Source: Antedon mediterranea (Eukaryota; Animalia; Echinodermata). Taken from it: a stretch of DNA of 64,000 bases. Position 1 is the stretch's first letter, and the number at the start of each line of letters is the position of its first letter. A program made the position numbers and the translations under genes. Shown piece by piece: positions 37,301-50,500 of this stretch. The DNA lies in NCBI RefSeq assembly GCF_964355755.1, contig NC_092678.1:6278422-6342421 (forward strand). The letters run 5' to 3'. The notes under the pieces were generated by a model that had not been told where the DNA came from, did no database searches, and worked only from the letters and a program-made list of their open reading frames with translations.

Positions 37301-39245
37301 TCTTACACCCTTTACTAACATAACAAAGGGTTACTTAAATACTGTTTGATAGATAATACTAAAATATACCTGGTTAAGTTCTGTCTAAAAACCGTGGGAA
37401 TTTAATAGAAATATATCATACAAAAAGAATTCCATTGTGATGTTATTATATTCAACAGCATTGATATGTAAATTCAGGGCATAGAGAAGATGCTTATTTT
37501 TCTAGTAACAATATCATTCTACTGGTGGTACAGAGTTATACCTGAATTGTCAGTGGTGTCAGTTTTTTTTGTCAAACTAGTCTGATAGTGTAGACAGAGC
37601 TTTAGGGATATTTTTGTTTACTGTACTGTTTTTGTATGCCTACTAACTATATACTGTATAGGGTTATGTTTGAACTTTGTTTGAAAGAAATCTTCTCACT
37701 TCAAACTGTAGATCCAGTGTACATTATTAGGGAGGTTTCGCAACCTTACGAATACGGATACGTCACACATTTGTGAAACTTTTGAGCTGATCCCCATTTC
37801 ATATTCGTAAAGCGTATTCGTGTTGATGAATATCACCAGTCATATGCGTAACTACAAAACGAGTATAGTTTTTGATCTATTTTGCATTTGAATCAGGAAT
37901 GATTCATGATTATAATATAATTATAGATTTATTGAAAGTAATTTACTAAAATGCCATGCAAATGCCATGTCATGCAAATGCAAATGTCAATTTTGATAAA
38001 TAGCAGTTTTTAAAGTCCTCACTCGCTTTGATGTTACGCTAGGCCTAGGACGCCAAGCACCAAGCTACACGTACCTGCGCTTCGCTCAAATTTACCGCAG
38101 TCATATTTTGGACGCGCCTCAATATTTCGTTGCCATGCGAAACAGATTTTTTTATGGCTGACGAAAACGAATACGTGTGCATGACTTATCCGTTTTCGTT
38201 ATCGTATTCGTAAGATTGCGAAACCTCTCTATTATTAGACCATGTGCACTTAAAAATCCTGCCTAAGTACTGTTTCCACATGGCATAATTATACATGTCC
38301 AGTGTCATACTGGTTCTGTAGGCAAATCTGTATTACTTAGCTTAGCTAAAATTCCCATGTTATTCATCTATCTTATTTTAGGAGTATTTGTACTCATTGG
38401 TATCATCGTCTATCCAGCTGGTTGGGATCACAGCGTCATTCAGTCTCTCTGTGGCAGCGATTCCTATGATCTTGGTGGATGTCAGCTACGCTGGGTGTTT
38501 GTGTTGGCAATCGTGGCAGTCTTTGATGCCATCATTTTGGGTATCTTAGCTCTTTTGCTTGCCAGCAAGCATGACAAACTCCACCCTGAACACTTTTCTG
38601 AGTACTATGCGCCTAAAGGTAAGCCTATGATTTGTTTGATTGCCCACTGGACTAGTCAGATTGTACTTGCCCAGTTAGATAGTATACATTTTGAATTTCA
38701 TACACTCTTACAGTAACTTGCCAATATACAGTATCATGGACTACAGTAAGTCTTATTTATTAGTAGTATATGTATTTGAGGTGCCCTGGAAGGGGAGTAA
38801 AATAGTCACAACCCTAGATTGAACCCTTGACCACCAAGCTACAGCCCATTCAATTTTAGCCAAATCAGACTGTGTTTTGCTAACTAAAACTGAACTGACA
38901 ATACAAAGCTAGGAAATGGTAATGCAGAATTTGTTGTGGGAAAAAAAGAAAATGTTTAGATTGTGTTTTCTCTTTTCGTAACCAGCCGGAAAATACTCTG
39001 AAAAAGGCTCCGTTTCCCGAGCGTCCATAGTATCAAGAAACTTCAATGTAAATCCACTTCCAGTAGGAGAAGGCAACGATGACGACCGAAGCAACGCAGC
39101 ATCATCTAGCCATCATGCAGCATCCCCCGTTACCAACCCAACTTACGCAACGATTCAGAAGAGAAATAAAATTCACCCAGATGGTAGTGATTCTAGAATA
39201 GATTCGGACCCAGGACATGATGATAGACAGGATCTTGTGAGGTAG
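31377..39245 (+). CDS. LHFPL3: LHFPL tetraspan subfamily member (LHFPL3/4/5, TMHS-like)
   Basis: Exons 31377-31794, 38382-38618 and 38986-39245 (TAG), both introns phase 1. Family motifs YHTNYVRNSRAI..WAIFTICFAI, QPYWIGD, YPAGWD..IQSLCG..YDLGGCQLRWVFVLAI; four hydrophobic helices. Probably the co-orthologue of vertebrate LHFPL3/4/5, so the exact paralogue symbol is nominal. Confidence 0.92.
31811..32002. mobile_element. Short inverted-repeat element immediately after the LHFPL exon 1 donor
   Basis: TGTTCCGGTCCGGC at about 31814 and GCCGGACCGGAACA at about 31986 are perfect reverse complements. Confidence 0.62.
35185..35250. repeat. 11-bp tandem repeat (TACTGTGTTTA), about 6 copies
   Basis: Direct perfect units. 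Confidence 0.85.
35359..35731 (+). mobile_element. 5S rRNA-derived SINE (SINE3-type), copy 2
   Basis: Near full-length 5S head with box A (AGTTAAGCAA) and box C (TTGGATGGGAGACC), no oligo-T terminator, shared body TATGGAGCTGGGGTCCC...GGCGGTAATTATCGCTGTTGG, A-rich tail. Confidence 0.88.
35765..36117 (+). mobile_element. tRNA-derived SINE with conserved central core
   Basis: A box TGGCCGAGCGG, B box GGTTCGAGGC, core TCTCGGATAAGGACTATAAACCGTAGGTCC..TAAAGAACC, AATAAA-type tail. Second copy on - at 59390-59707. Confidence 0.82.
36841..37048. mobile_element. MITE family A copy, degenerate
   Basis: Internal subrepeat about 4x, decayed TIRs. Confidence 0.7.
37729..38230. mobile_element. Non-autonomous DNA transposon (~500 bp) with long TIRs
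   Basis: AGGGAGGTTTCGCAACCTTACGAATACG ... CGTATTCGTAAGATTGCGAAACCTCTCT, with ATT on both sides. Confidence 0.8.
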
Positions 39246-39574
39246 ATTGTACTCACCAACAAGCCGGACCTTGTTACGTACAGCGCCCTAAAAGTGTAAA
39301 TTATCCTATTAGGCTTTATTTTTTATAACCTTTTATACAGTGGTTCGATGTTGAGAATTCAATAATATTTTAATTAATTGTGTCTGTCACAGTGTCATAA
39401 ATTTAATTATTCATTATTTTATTGCTTTTGTTCAGATGTATTTGTTTATTTATTTATTTATTGAGATGCATGTATTGCATTTTTTTTATTGCATTACTGA
39501 GCTTAATTTTACCAGTGGAGTCTTTGACAATCTTCCACTATATCTCTGCATCCTTAATTATCCCTTAGGTTTCC

Positions 39575-40240
39575 ACACTACCCCTGGATACTCCACTAAA
39601 CCATGGCTGTTGTTCTCCCCAGTACCCACTATCTCAACTAGCCACTGGATATCTCCACTTATCCCTAGATCCTCCAATTAACCATGGATCTCTCCAATAA
39701 ACCATGGATCTCCTCTCCAATAGCCACTGGATATCTCCACTAGCCACTGGATATCTCCACTAAACCATGGCTCTCTCCACTAAACCATGGCTCTCTCCAC
39801 TAAACCATGGATCTCTCCACTAAACCATGGATCTGTCTACTAAACCACTGGATCTCTCCACTAAACCATGGATCTCTCTACTAAACCATGGATCTCTCTA
39901 CTAAACCATGGATATCTCCACTAGCCCCTTGATCTCTCCACTAAACCACACATGGCTATCTTCATGTATATCTTCATTAAACTGTAGATATTTTCCAAAT
40001 AAACTATGGCTCTCCACTCTCCATTGAATCTCTCCACTCTCCATTAAATCTCTCCACTAACATCTGAATCCCCTCACTTATCTCTGCAACCATGACACTG
40101 CCCTGATATCCTCCACTACCCCTGATCCTCCATTGCCTCCTGATCCTCCATTGACCCTTGATCCTCCATTGACCCTTGATCCTCCATTGACCCTTGATCC
40201 TCCATTGACCCTTGATCCTCCATTGACCCCTGATCCTCCA
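39575..40240. repeat. Compound minisatellite: 20-bp ACTAAACCATGGATCTCTCC array grading into 18-bp CCATTGACCCTTGATCCT array
   Basis: Direct tandem units downstream of the LHFPL stop codon. Confidence 0.88.
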
Positions 40241-41872
40241 GTAACCCCTACTGTAGAGTGAACCCCATACATTATGGCCTTATACTGTTTATAGTTGCCA
40301 TGTTAATGGTGTATTGTTTTGAATACTGTAAAAATGTAATGTAAAATGTTTGACGGTGTGAAATATTTAGCTTTTAAAAAATTATGTTAAGTATGAGATG
40401 ATCTGGCATAATGTCGTTTCTGTAAGCATTTTCTTATATCTGGACTCCTTCTGTTAAGGAGTGGCCTTGATTAACTAAAACCTTGCGTTCTTTCAGAAAT
40501 TTTAGCCTTTTAATTATAAATTTAAAGACATTTTCTTATATTATAAATGATACCTTGATTTTTTTTTATTGGGTGGATGTACATACTTATACTAGTTAAC
40601 TAAAGTTCTTTCATAAAAATAAGAAATATTTTGAAAAACTAAAGCATTTTATGTAAATTTGTTACTGTATTTTGTTAGTACAGTAAATTTTGTTATTATC
40701 ATGTGATGATACAAAATTAATATTAATATTTATAATCATAGATTACGATTTATAGATTTCCAAAATAACTATATGTATTTTTACATTTGATATTCCATTA
40801 GTCCATAATATCCTTCCAACTAAATAAATGGATGAAAAGGAAATAGTATTGAAATAAATAATTATGAAAGGTTGTTGAATAGTATGTATAGGACAAATGT
40901 GTTACCGTAGTAATGATAAAGCATCAATTTGTGGATGCAACCAGGGCATCTAGTGCCAATGCATCGTTAGCAACCAAATCGTTGCTAAGAAACTGCTTGG
41001 TTACAGTAAACCACTTTCATTCCTTCAAAATCAAGCTGGAATTTTGAATTAATAAATTACCTTTTTTTTGTATATTTTTTACAATGCAGTCTATGCTGTA
41101 GTAGTAAATATATCAATTATTTACATTTATTTTTAATTCTTATTCAAGTTTAGTTTGAATTTTTAATTAATTTGTTTCTTTAAATAAATATACCACCTTG
41201 GTTGGTTTAAATTTAATTGAATATATTATAATAAATATATGTATATAATATTAGGTGATGATGAATTAATACCTTGTAAATTTAATTTTATTAATTATGA
41301 AATTATTAATTTTTATTATTCAAATATATGGTTTACTGTACGTGTGTCTTGCTTTGTAAATAGGTTTCATTGTATATGCTTGTTGCCTAGGTAACCAAAT
41401 TCATGATGTTAGTAACGATTACTGTAACATTTTCTATTTCTGGAGATCGAAATATTTTAATGTATTCCATTACTCAGTGTACATGTAGAGTATGGTTTAC
41501 CTGATATTGTGCACAACCTAATATGCTGGGTCTGGTTCAATTCCCTGGACGAATACTATACTCATATTCGCCAATCACACTTAAGCCAGATATTTAAATC
41601 AATCAATCAAAATTAACATTTATTTCCAAAATGGTGGCGTCACAAAAAAGCAAAAGCTTGTGTCAGGGACGCCAAAACAAAACATTCAAAAGCAAAAAAA
41701 ACATTTGAATGCTAAGTATTTCTTTTCACTTAAGTAAATATTTTTAAAGATTTCCCTTAAGTGGTATTTATGTAAGTGTTATCAATTAGTGTGATTGTTG
41801 ACAGCCATTAAAATCTATTTTCAAATCCAGTGAAATATGGTTTACAAAAAGTAATGAACACAGAATCAGTAA

Positions 41873-41971
41873 AGCTCTGTTTACACTATCAAACTAGTGA
41901 TATGACATCATCATCCATATATGGGCACATCACGATTTTGGCACGTAAAGTTTGATAGTGTAGACAGAGCT
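41873..41971. mobile_element. MITE family A copy, short
   Basis: Both TIRs, internal deletion. Confidence 0.8.
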
Positions 41972-44900
41972 TATCAGACATATTTGGTTGTACTGTATAT
42001 TTTGTTATTAAACAGAACTAGAATCATCATAAAATCTAGAATGTGAAAGAGGAACTTTATACTAAAACTGCAATATAATTGCAATTAATTATTTTGTTTT
42101 GATCTGAGCAAAGCGCAATGTGAACACACCTTTATACAAATGTGACATTTTAACCTGTTATTAAAGAACACTGGTATTCTACTAAACATTGAATTGTTTT
42201 TTGTTCTTTAGTCCCTAAATTGACACACCCCCTATTCAGGGGAGTTCCCTCTTAGGAGATCCTTTCCATGAAATGACTGAGGGGATATGTTTTAACAACA
42301 ACACGGCCTATTACTGGCACACTTTGTTGGGCCTTGAAGCTCTCCTGTACTTAAAGCAGTGGTGTAATGCAGATACCTAAGGCCCCTGGTTTAGGAACCC
42401 TTAGGCGTGTTAGCCTTTTAAGTATATTTTAATGCCTGTATTTTCCTCTGGGCACTGCTCAGCTCATAAGCTCCGGGGTTTGTGGGTTTAGCCAGTGAGC
42501 ACTCGTAGCCTTGACAAAATGATATATTTCAAATTACAACACATTTAATTCATTTTAATGGGGAAATCCAGACATTGTTATCAACTACAGCATATAGACA
42601 CAACCAGTAGATTCGTCCATCCACAGCCCTTTAAACAAATAATATTTTCTCACATATCTCAAGATAGCAACGTAAAGATTAGGAAATATTGCTCAAACTT
42701 TGGAACTAACATTTTTATATATTTGCATATTGAATATTATCTTTAGATTATGTTTAATCGTTATCTAAAATGTCGGTTAATAATATTATATTTTGCTTCC
42801 TTAAAAAAAAAAAAAGGTTTACATTCTTTCATTCATTTATTCGTTGAATGAATGAACAAGTTACATACAGTAGGCCTACTGCTACCTTCTTTTTCATATG
42901 TTTCTTTTATACACGATCATGGGTTACAATATGGCCTCTGAGTACTTCCTAGGATAGATCATGGATAAAATAGTTAGCTAACTTTTTTATCCATGATAGG
43001 ATATAAATCTATATTTTTTCTAAATTCATAATAACCAAACAAGAGAGGGGGCTATAACAGATATAAATAGATTAACCTATAGAGGGCGATATTTAAAAAT
43101 ATTGGAATAGTGTGATAATATAAATATTCAATAAATAAAATATAATGATACACTCCATTTAAATATAAGTTAAGTTAGCCTTCAAATACAATACATTACA
43201 ATCATTAATTGATAAGTTTACCCCTCTATATAGCATTATTATCTGGTAGACAACTCTCCAAAAAATGTTAAATTGTTTGATGTATTTTGTCGCCGTTGGC
43301 GCATCATACGAACTCTGTTATTTTATTTCAAATAATTATGCACACTCAAAAGCTCCCTTTTGAAATACAGGAATGACGTCATCTTTGCCATTACAATGCC
43401 TATTGTCTGTGTAAATCGCTGCCGATTCTATTGTATGCATTTACGAATCAGTTATTAACTGATTTATATATGCATTGTCATATTTTTTATAGTGTAAAAC
43501 GATACCCGTAATAATAATATACTAAAGGATATATATTAATAAGAAAATAGCTTACAGTATATGGATAACAGCATGATCAGAATTATACTGTACTATGATG
43601 AAATGTCTTCCCCCCCACAACAATGCAATATCTCGAATTACTAATGTAATGATTTTAAGTATGACATATAATATTATACGTATAAACATGAAATTGTTTT
43701 TTATAGAATAAAGCTTGGTTCCAACTAGGACGCAACGCAATGATGTAAGCGCAATGCAAGTGATTTGACCAATAACGAAACACGATAAATAGCAAACTGT
43801 CATTTGTCATTGGTCAACTCGCTTGCGTCGCGCAAAATCACTGCCGTGACTTTAAATTTCGTGGACAAAGAATTTGTTATAATATGCCTAATATTATATT
43901 AATAATAATCAACAATTGGAAAATGTCAGTCAGTTTAAGAGGCAGTTGAAGATATTTTCTTCAAGTAAAACACTGCTGATTGTATTAATGTACAAATGTG
44001 CGCTACTATTTCGATAAACCCTTCAAAGACTTAATCAAATAATTCCGTCGATTTTCATAGTATCCAGATCTAATGATATAATTAGTCATTGTGCAATTTA
44101 AAATCACCTGTGTGACCATGCAACTATAGCTCCATGGTGTGACCTATTTGAAACTTAATTACAAGTATACATTTACGGTCGGATCGATCGAATTCCGAGA
44201 GCTGCTGTTTGTTGCTTTATAAATCGCTTTATATTCAACAGTTCCCAGGCATGTTCAACCCTAAATTTCGGAAATGCAAACGATAGGATTATAGGCCAAG
44301 TTTATTTTTATCCTCCTCCCTCTCTTTTTTTCAACCGGGATTCATCATGTTCCGCTATTTTGATTAGTAGATGTACTTTTTTAAATGCTAGTTATATTTA
44401 CAAAAAATCGCAAAAAAAACCCATTTCACACCAAAACTACACAGTGATCTCCGGAGACACACCGGGTTTGTGGTCATTCAACGTCGAGAAACTCCGGAGA
44501 GACCACGATCACATCAACGACGCAACCCAGGAACGCAAGAGCGCGCCGCGAATAATCTGACCAATCACGACTCGATGGATAATCCCAATCGCTTGTGATT
44601 GGTCAACTTGTTGTTGTACTTGTCCTTGCGTCCATGGGAACCAATTTTAAAATACAGTAATTTTGTTTGGTTACGCATTTTTTTTGTCGTGATAGCTTAC
44701 TAATCCGCTTCCTGATCGATGCTAGTTGAATAGAACGTTTGATACGTATCGTTCTAATAGGCCTAATGATAGACAGGTAACACATTTATGCATCCATAGA
44801 GTGTGAAAGCAGGCGCTGTGTGGACACCGATATCTGTGTTAATATTGTTTACAATGGTGGCTATCAATATGGGGCGTTCCATAGTACCAAACGTTGGACA

Positions 44901-44996
44901 CCAAATTGTGGTTTATGAGAATGTTTTGCTTTATTCACATGTACAGTTTTGAGCAATGCGCTTATACTATAATGCGCCGTTTAAAAACATCGTGTG

Positions 44997-45712
44997 TTTT
45001 TTTTATTTTTTTATTTTTTTTTTATTTATTAGGTATAACACTCAAAATGCAACAAAAGTTGAAAACCTTATGAGTTTACAAAAGGTACAACAAAAAAACC
45101 GAGATAAAGATATAAAACAATAGGCCTATACTAAAATTGACATAAAAACAAAACCAATTAAAACATCATACAAAAAAATAATATGCACAACTTTAAAATT
45201 AATGATTATTATTAGATCTAATTAATAGAAATTCAGAAATATATACAAGTTTAAAATTATTCATTATTCATTATTTATAAAGTCCACTTAAAATTTAAAT
45301 TCAAAAATGTCATTAATTCCAAGGATCAATACAATTACTGTATTATTATTTATTTAAAATTCTTATTGCACTAGGAAGAGTTGAATTCCCATAACGGTTA
45401 GTTCTACATCTAGGTACACAGTACTTGTTGAAGGAACGTAAAGTCCTCTCGGGCTTGATGTTCTCGGGTATCCACGAAGTGAAACGCCCAGATGTCACCA
45501 GACTGCTTCCAAATTTGGCAAGTACACCTAACCGTCTGTCTTGTAAAGATGTTATATTCAAGATTTCTAAAGTGTCTTGGTACCCCGTGTAGTTGTTATA
45601 TCCGATGATGATCTTAAAGGCTCTTTTTTGAACAAATTCCAACTGGGTGCATTGCTGTTTAGTGATTGCTGAATGCCATAGAGGACTAGCATACTCCAGT
45701 AAGGGCCTGATG
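44997..45712 (-). mobile_element. 5'-truncated non-LTR retrotransposon (CR1/L2-group-like ORF2 C-terminus, 3'UTR and A-rich tail)
   Basis: Minus frame IRPLLEYASPLWHSAITKQQCTQLEFVQKRAFKII...LQDRR...PRCRTNRYGNSTLPSAIRILNK* is typical of the post-RT C-terminus. The T-rich tract at 44997-45030 is the tail. Confidence 0.85.
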
Positions 45713-45849
45713 TACTAAAGGCTTTAAAACCTCGCGATTGGCCAGTAACGACGTCGTAGGCCTACGCCAGTATGTTTTTGTCATGTGGTTCTTATTCGTT
45801 TGGTTACATTCTAAATCTGAAAATCGCATGTTTTTACTCTTAGACATAA

Positions 45850-45967
45850 TACAGCCTCTGAGAGGAGGACTAGAGGGTGCTATTACTGGGGTAATAATGT
45901 TCAGCGCATTGAGAGCTTGCTTATATGCGCTATATAAGAATGAACTATTATTATTATTATTATTATT

Positions 45968-46050
<83 letters not shown>
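45850..46050 (+). mobile_element. SINE/LINE 3' end (L2-like tail) with expanded (TTA)n microsatellite
   Basis: CAGCGCATTGAGAGC..TGCGCTATATAAGAATGAAC followed by about 34 TTA units. A similar tail lies at about 4705-4765. Confidence 0.7.
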
Positions 46051-47568
46051 GTAATTGTTTAAATAATAAAGAAACAACAAGGATATTAGGTTCTATAGTT
46101 TATTGCACGTAAACGTTGGAATGTTCAACGAAAATAAATTGCATAACATTATGCAGTATAATAAATAGAGCAAAACATAAAAACATACTAAATAATTTAT
46201 TATTGAAGAATTATTTACATAAACCGCTAGGTTATAAATATGTAGGTTACTAAAGCATTAACAATGTGCTATTTGAGTAGAGCCAAATCCAATTTTTTCC
46301 TGTATCAGTGCTAACTTAGTCTAAATATATTCTTTGGTTAGTGAGTTATATAGTTTTTGTAACGAATTTGACGTCATCATAAACCATAGTGCGCATGCGT
46401 CATCGCACGTTTCGGTAATGAACTACTGACCAATCAGAAATAATCACCCATCATGCACCACAAAACATCAGACGACACCGCACGGCGCATCGACGAATAA
46501 AATACATGAAAAGACCATTGGAAAATTGTAAGTTTTAAACACTAATTTTAAATATATTTTTAGTTAATTTAGCTTTCATAGCAGTAGGATTACCCAAACG
46601 TAGTAGGCCTATTCGGCCTAGAGGCCTAGTAGAGATTATTAAATATACATTTCTATCCATTCATCTGTTATTAATATTATCTCTAGCAAGCCTAGCCTAG
46701 GCCTAGGCCTCCAGAGCAGAGGCTAGGTAGACCTCTACCTAGGCTACCCCGACAAGGTTTCCGACACGGCGAAATGATGGAAAGAAAATTGAGAAATTGT
46801 AAGTTAAATTAATCATACATTTATTTAGAGTTTAAATTAGCACCAGGGATATTTTTACTCGTTTAGGCCCCTAGTTAGTAGCTAGCCTTAAGGGCCAGAA
46901 TATGCCTAAATTATTTAAGTACGTCTACCTACGTTGTAGGCTAATAATTTTCATCGCATGAGAATGGAGGCCTAGCCTAGGTCTACTAAACTAGGCTTAT
47001 TGCGGGGGATGATCGTGACACTAGACCCAGTCAATGTGTAGGCCTAAACAGATCGCTAGTAGCATAATATATAGCAAACTGTCCATGCTTCTGAAATTCT
47101 TACAATTTTTAATTAGTAATCAATTATTGTCTTAAAAGACAATAATTGAATAAAAATGTACATCCGCCCATGTTGAATTTAAATTACATTTAATACACAT
47201 ATGAATTACATTTATTTATATTACTATATATAGCTTGATATTTTGCAGTTATTTTAACTAAAATTAAGAGAAAAAGCGACGAAATAAATAAAACGTTAGC
47301 GTACGTGTAGTGGGGTTTGGAAAGTTCAAAAACATTCATAAAATAAAGTTTTGTGGCACTATTGTCTATATAATAAGTAAATTAATAAGTGAAGTCTTAT
47401 AATCCCTTCCGCTTACAAAAACATACTGTATTTAGTACGCGCGCGTACTTATAAACAACGTTTGATATCAGCTACTTAGTCATGTGAGTAGCCTAGTCCA
47501 AGTTTTCGGCAAAAAGTGTTATCTCACTCAATGAATATTTTCAGTGTTAATAAATACGACGATAACAA

Positions 47569-50500
47569 TTACGACTTTTGTGGTGATTTTACAATTGCAT
47601 TATTGATTGTTGACGTTTCTAGTTCACTTCTTGAATTCGATATAATTTGTAAATTGGGTGGAGTTGAATGATGAATCTTCGGTATTGCTAAACCAAGTGG
47701 AAAATGAGTCAGCAGTCTAGAGGGCGCTGAGCACGATTGTAAGTTTATCAGGCCAGAAGGCGAGAGGCAGAATGTTGGACCAGATGGCAACGCACTGGTG
47801 GTTCGTGTTTGAGACATTTGCCGGAATAGCCCAGCAGCTTGGAATGGATGATTCATCCCGATCATAAGCGGGAACAGAGAAGCAGGTGGTGGTGTAGACT
47901 GTCGAGATGACGCTGCGAAGTGAGGCGACATGAAGTGACTGATGCTGTGCCTACGATTGTTAGTAATTTCTCTTGACTCTGATGAAGTCGGTGTTGTAGA
48001 CGTTGTTGATGGTAAGGTAGGATGCAGTACAGCGATGTTTGGTATCGATAAAAACGACGGCACCACCGCTGAAATGAGATTAAAATACACTAAATAATAA
48101 AAATCAATAAAAAATCTATATCTACTCCGTTCGTGCCTATTTTACCTGGATAAACGGGCATTAGCCCTTCTCTCCACCGAACAACTAAGAAGAATTTGTA
48201 ACTGAACCACCCTCTCTGCAAATAGGACAGTCTTAAAAAGACTAAAATAGGACAGGATTGTACACTCACAGACCTACTTGACGCCGTCTCTTTAAATCTA
48301 CAAGTTATTAAAGCTTAGTTCACTCTACAAGGACGCCGTAAGCGCATGCAAAGCAATTGTGTTCGGATGGTCCATCGCGTCGTGATTGGTCAAATTACTT
48401 GCAAAGCGATTACATCCTTGCGTTTCGTTATGTTTTACTGTAGTTAATTTTAAAACAGGTGAAATAAACGTATTAACATAGATTCATATATTTCAGAGTA
48501 TAAAATAAACCCCTTTGTTAAGATTCTCCATGGAACATTAACTCCAATACACACATATGCCGATACAATAACCTACGTTATAATAGGACTCGGGCTTACG
48601 GTACATTGAATTATACGTATTTTAAAGACAATTTATCCGGGCATCAAGCGTATCAACCCACGTGTAAGCCATCATTAGTTTTGGCCTAGCAATTTTAATC
48701 GAATAGTATTGTACGAGATGGTTAGAGTTTTAAGAGTAATGATGCGAACCGACTCGGTGAATGTACGTCGATTACACTATATTAAACTTAATCGATCTTT
48801 AATTTAATTATCGCAATCAAGCATACAGAAATTAATTATTAAGGATATCTGCCCAATAGGAGACGATATAGAGATGACGAGATGTTACCGCGCAATAGTT
48901 GACCCAATCACAAGGGAGCAAGCACTAGTACTATCTTTGGTGAGAACGAGGCTCATATTACCGTTTCAAAAGAAGACGTTTTATGTCGTTTTTTAAATAT
49001 ATATTGTCTCCAAAAACATGAAAAATAAAATTATTATTAATAAACCAAACTTGTTTAGTTTTAATAAAGTTATTAAAATAAAAGCAAGAATAACGATTTC
49101 GCTTATAAAACAGAAATAAACAGTTAATTTAACCAAAAACTCGATCATTAACTTCCAAATGTACTTCCAGTTGTCTATTTTTCTCTTTAAATTACGGTTT
49201 TATCAGGTAAATAATTTGGATTATTTGACATGAAGATGGCCTATTCATAGTCATCTGTAATGGTGAAAAAAGTTATAAAGCAACTGCAGATAACAATACC
49301 TCTGAATTTTGATTTCGGACCATTCGATAAACTTCTTTCATCGTCGTCATCATCATTGTCGCCATTCGTTTTTAGTTTTCTTTTCACTCCATTCTTTTGA
49401 AACATCGGCGAATGAAGCGTGAGCGATGACGGTACGGGAGGCATGATGCGTGGGAACGCGTTTAGCGTCGTCTCACGCGTTGGCTTCTGTGGAGTCGGTG
49501 CTGCTAAAGTTGACCCAAACGAGATGTGACGGTGCAGAAACGCCTGTACATAAAATAAAGAAGATTTTATAGAATCAGCATTTTATTACAATAGAACTTT
49601 CCTTTAAAATTAAATACATGCAGAAACACCAGAACAGGACACCTCATATTAAGAAACACGTTGTTCGGTCGCGAATGTGTCTCGTTTTACATGGGCAGTT
49701 CTACCCACATTTTGAATGAATACCCCCCCCCCCCTTGTGACGTATGCGGCGCTTTGATCTGCGTCACCGTTTTTAAGGCGTTGCAAACTAAATGGTCCTG
49801 TATAAAAAAATCTTTGTTATTAGAAGAGAATAGTTAAAAAGAATAGGCCTGCGCTTATAATAATCATGCGTACGGTAGAGAGTTGCTCGCACTGTTTAGG
49901 CCTCCATGGTTGAAGATAACGAACAATCTAGGCCTCAATTCGTACAAGTTCGTAGGCTACTTACCTTATCTGATATTACGATGGAGCTATTGCGAAGAAT
50001 TCTGTTAATTGAACTGACGCTCGGAATGGTGGTCTCATCGCAGACACGTTCTTGCAATAATTTATCCCGAATTTCCCACGCAAAAATAGACGGGTTTTCG
50101 TGTTTGTAGCTCATGATCTTCTTTACAACCAGCGGCGTAGCTACCTGTAAATAAGTCGAACTATTAATACCAGTAGGCCTAGACAATCAGTTTGAAAACG
50201 CCGTTTTTTCTCTTGATCTGTGTGACGCTAGATCAAATAGAGAAGCAAATGTGTTTATGGAATTATAATTCTTTTCTGGTTATTCTGGGTTCGAATCTCT
50301 TTGAGTAAATATAATGTTTTTCGAACTTGCATGCTTTAATTAATATAAAATCTATATATGTGTGGCTTCACTTAGTTCTGAGTTTGAGAAGTTTGGTTAC
50401 CACTTTGACGCAATGTAATGACGTAAGCGCAACATTTTGATCAATCGCCTCATGATTGGTCAATTACTTGCGGTGCGCTTAACGCAAGTAAGGACGTAAG

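Noticed and set aside
40078-40272. Gly-rich NGGSRV repeat ORF
   Set aside because: Translation of an 18-bp minisatellite.
45738-46112. Poly-leucine membrane protein ORF
   Set aside because: It is the translation of a (TTA)n microsatellite at a retroelement tail.
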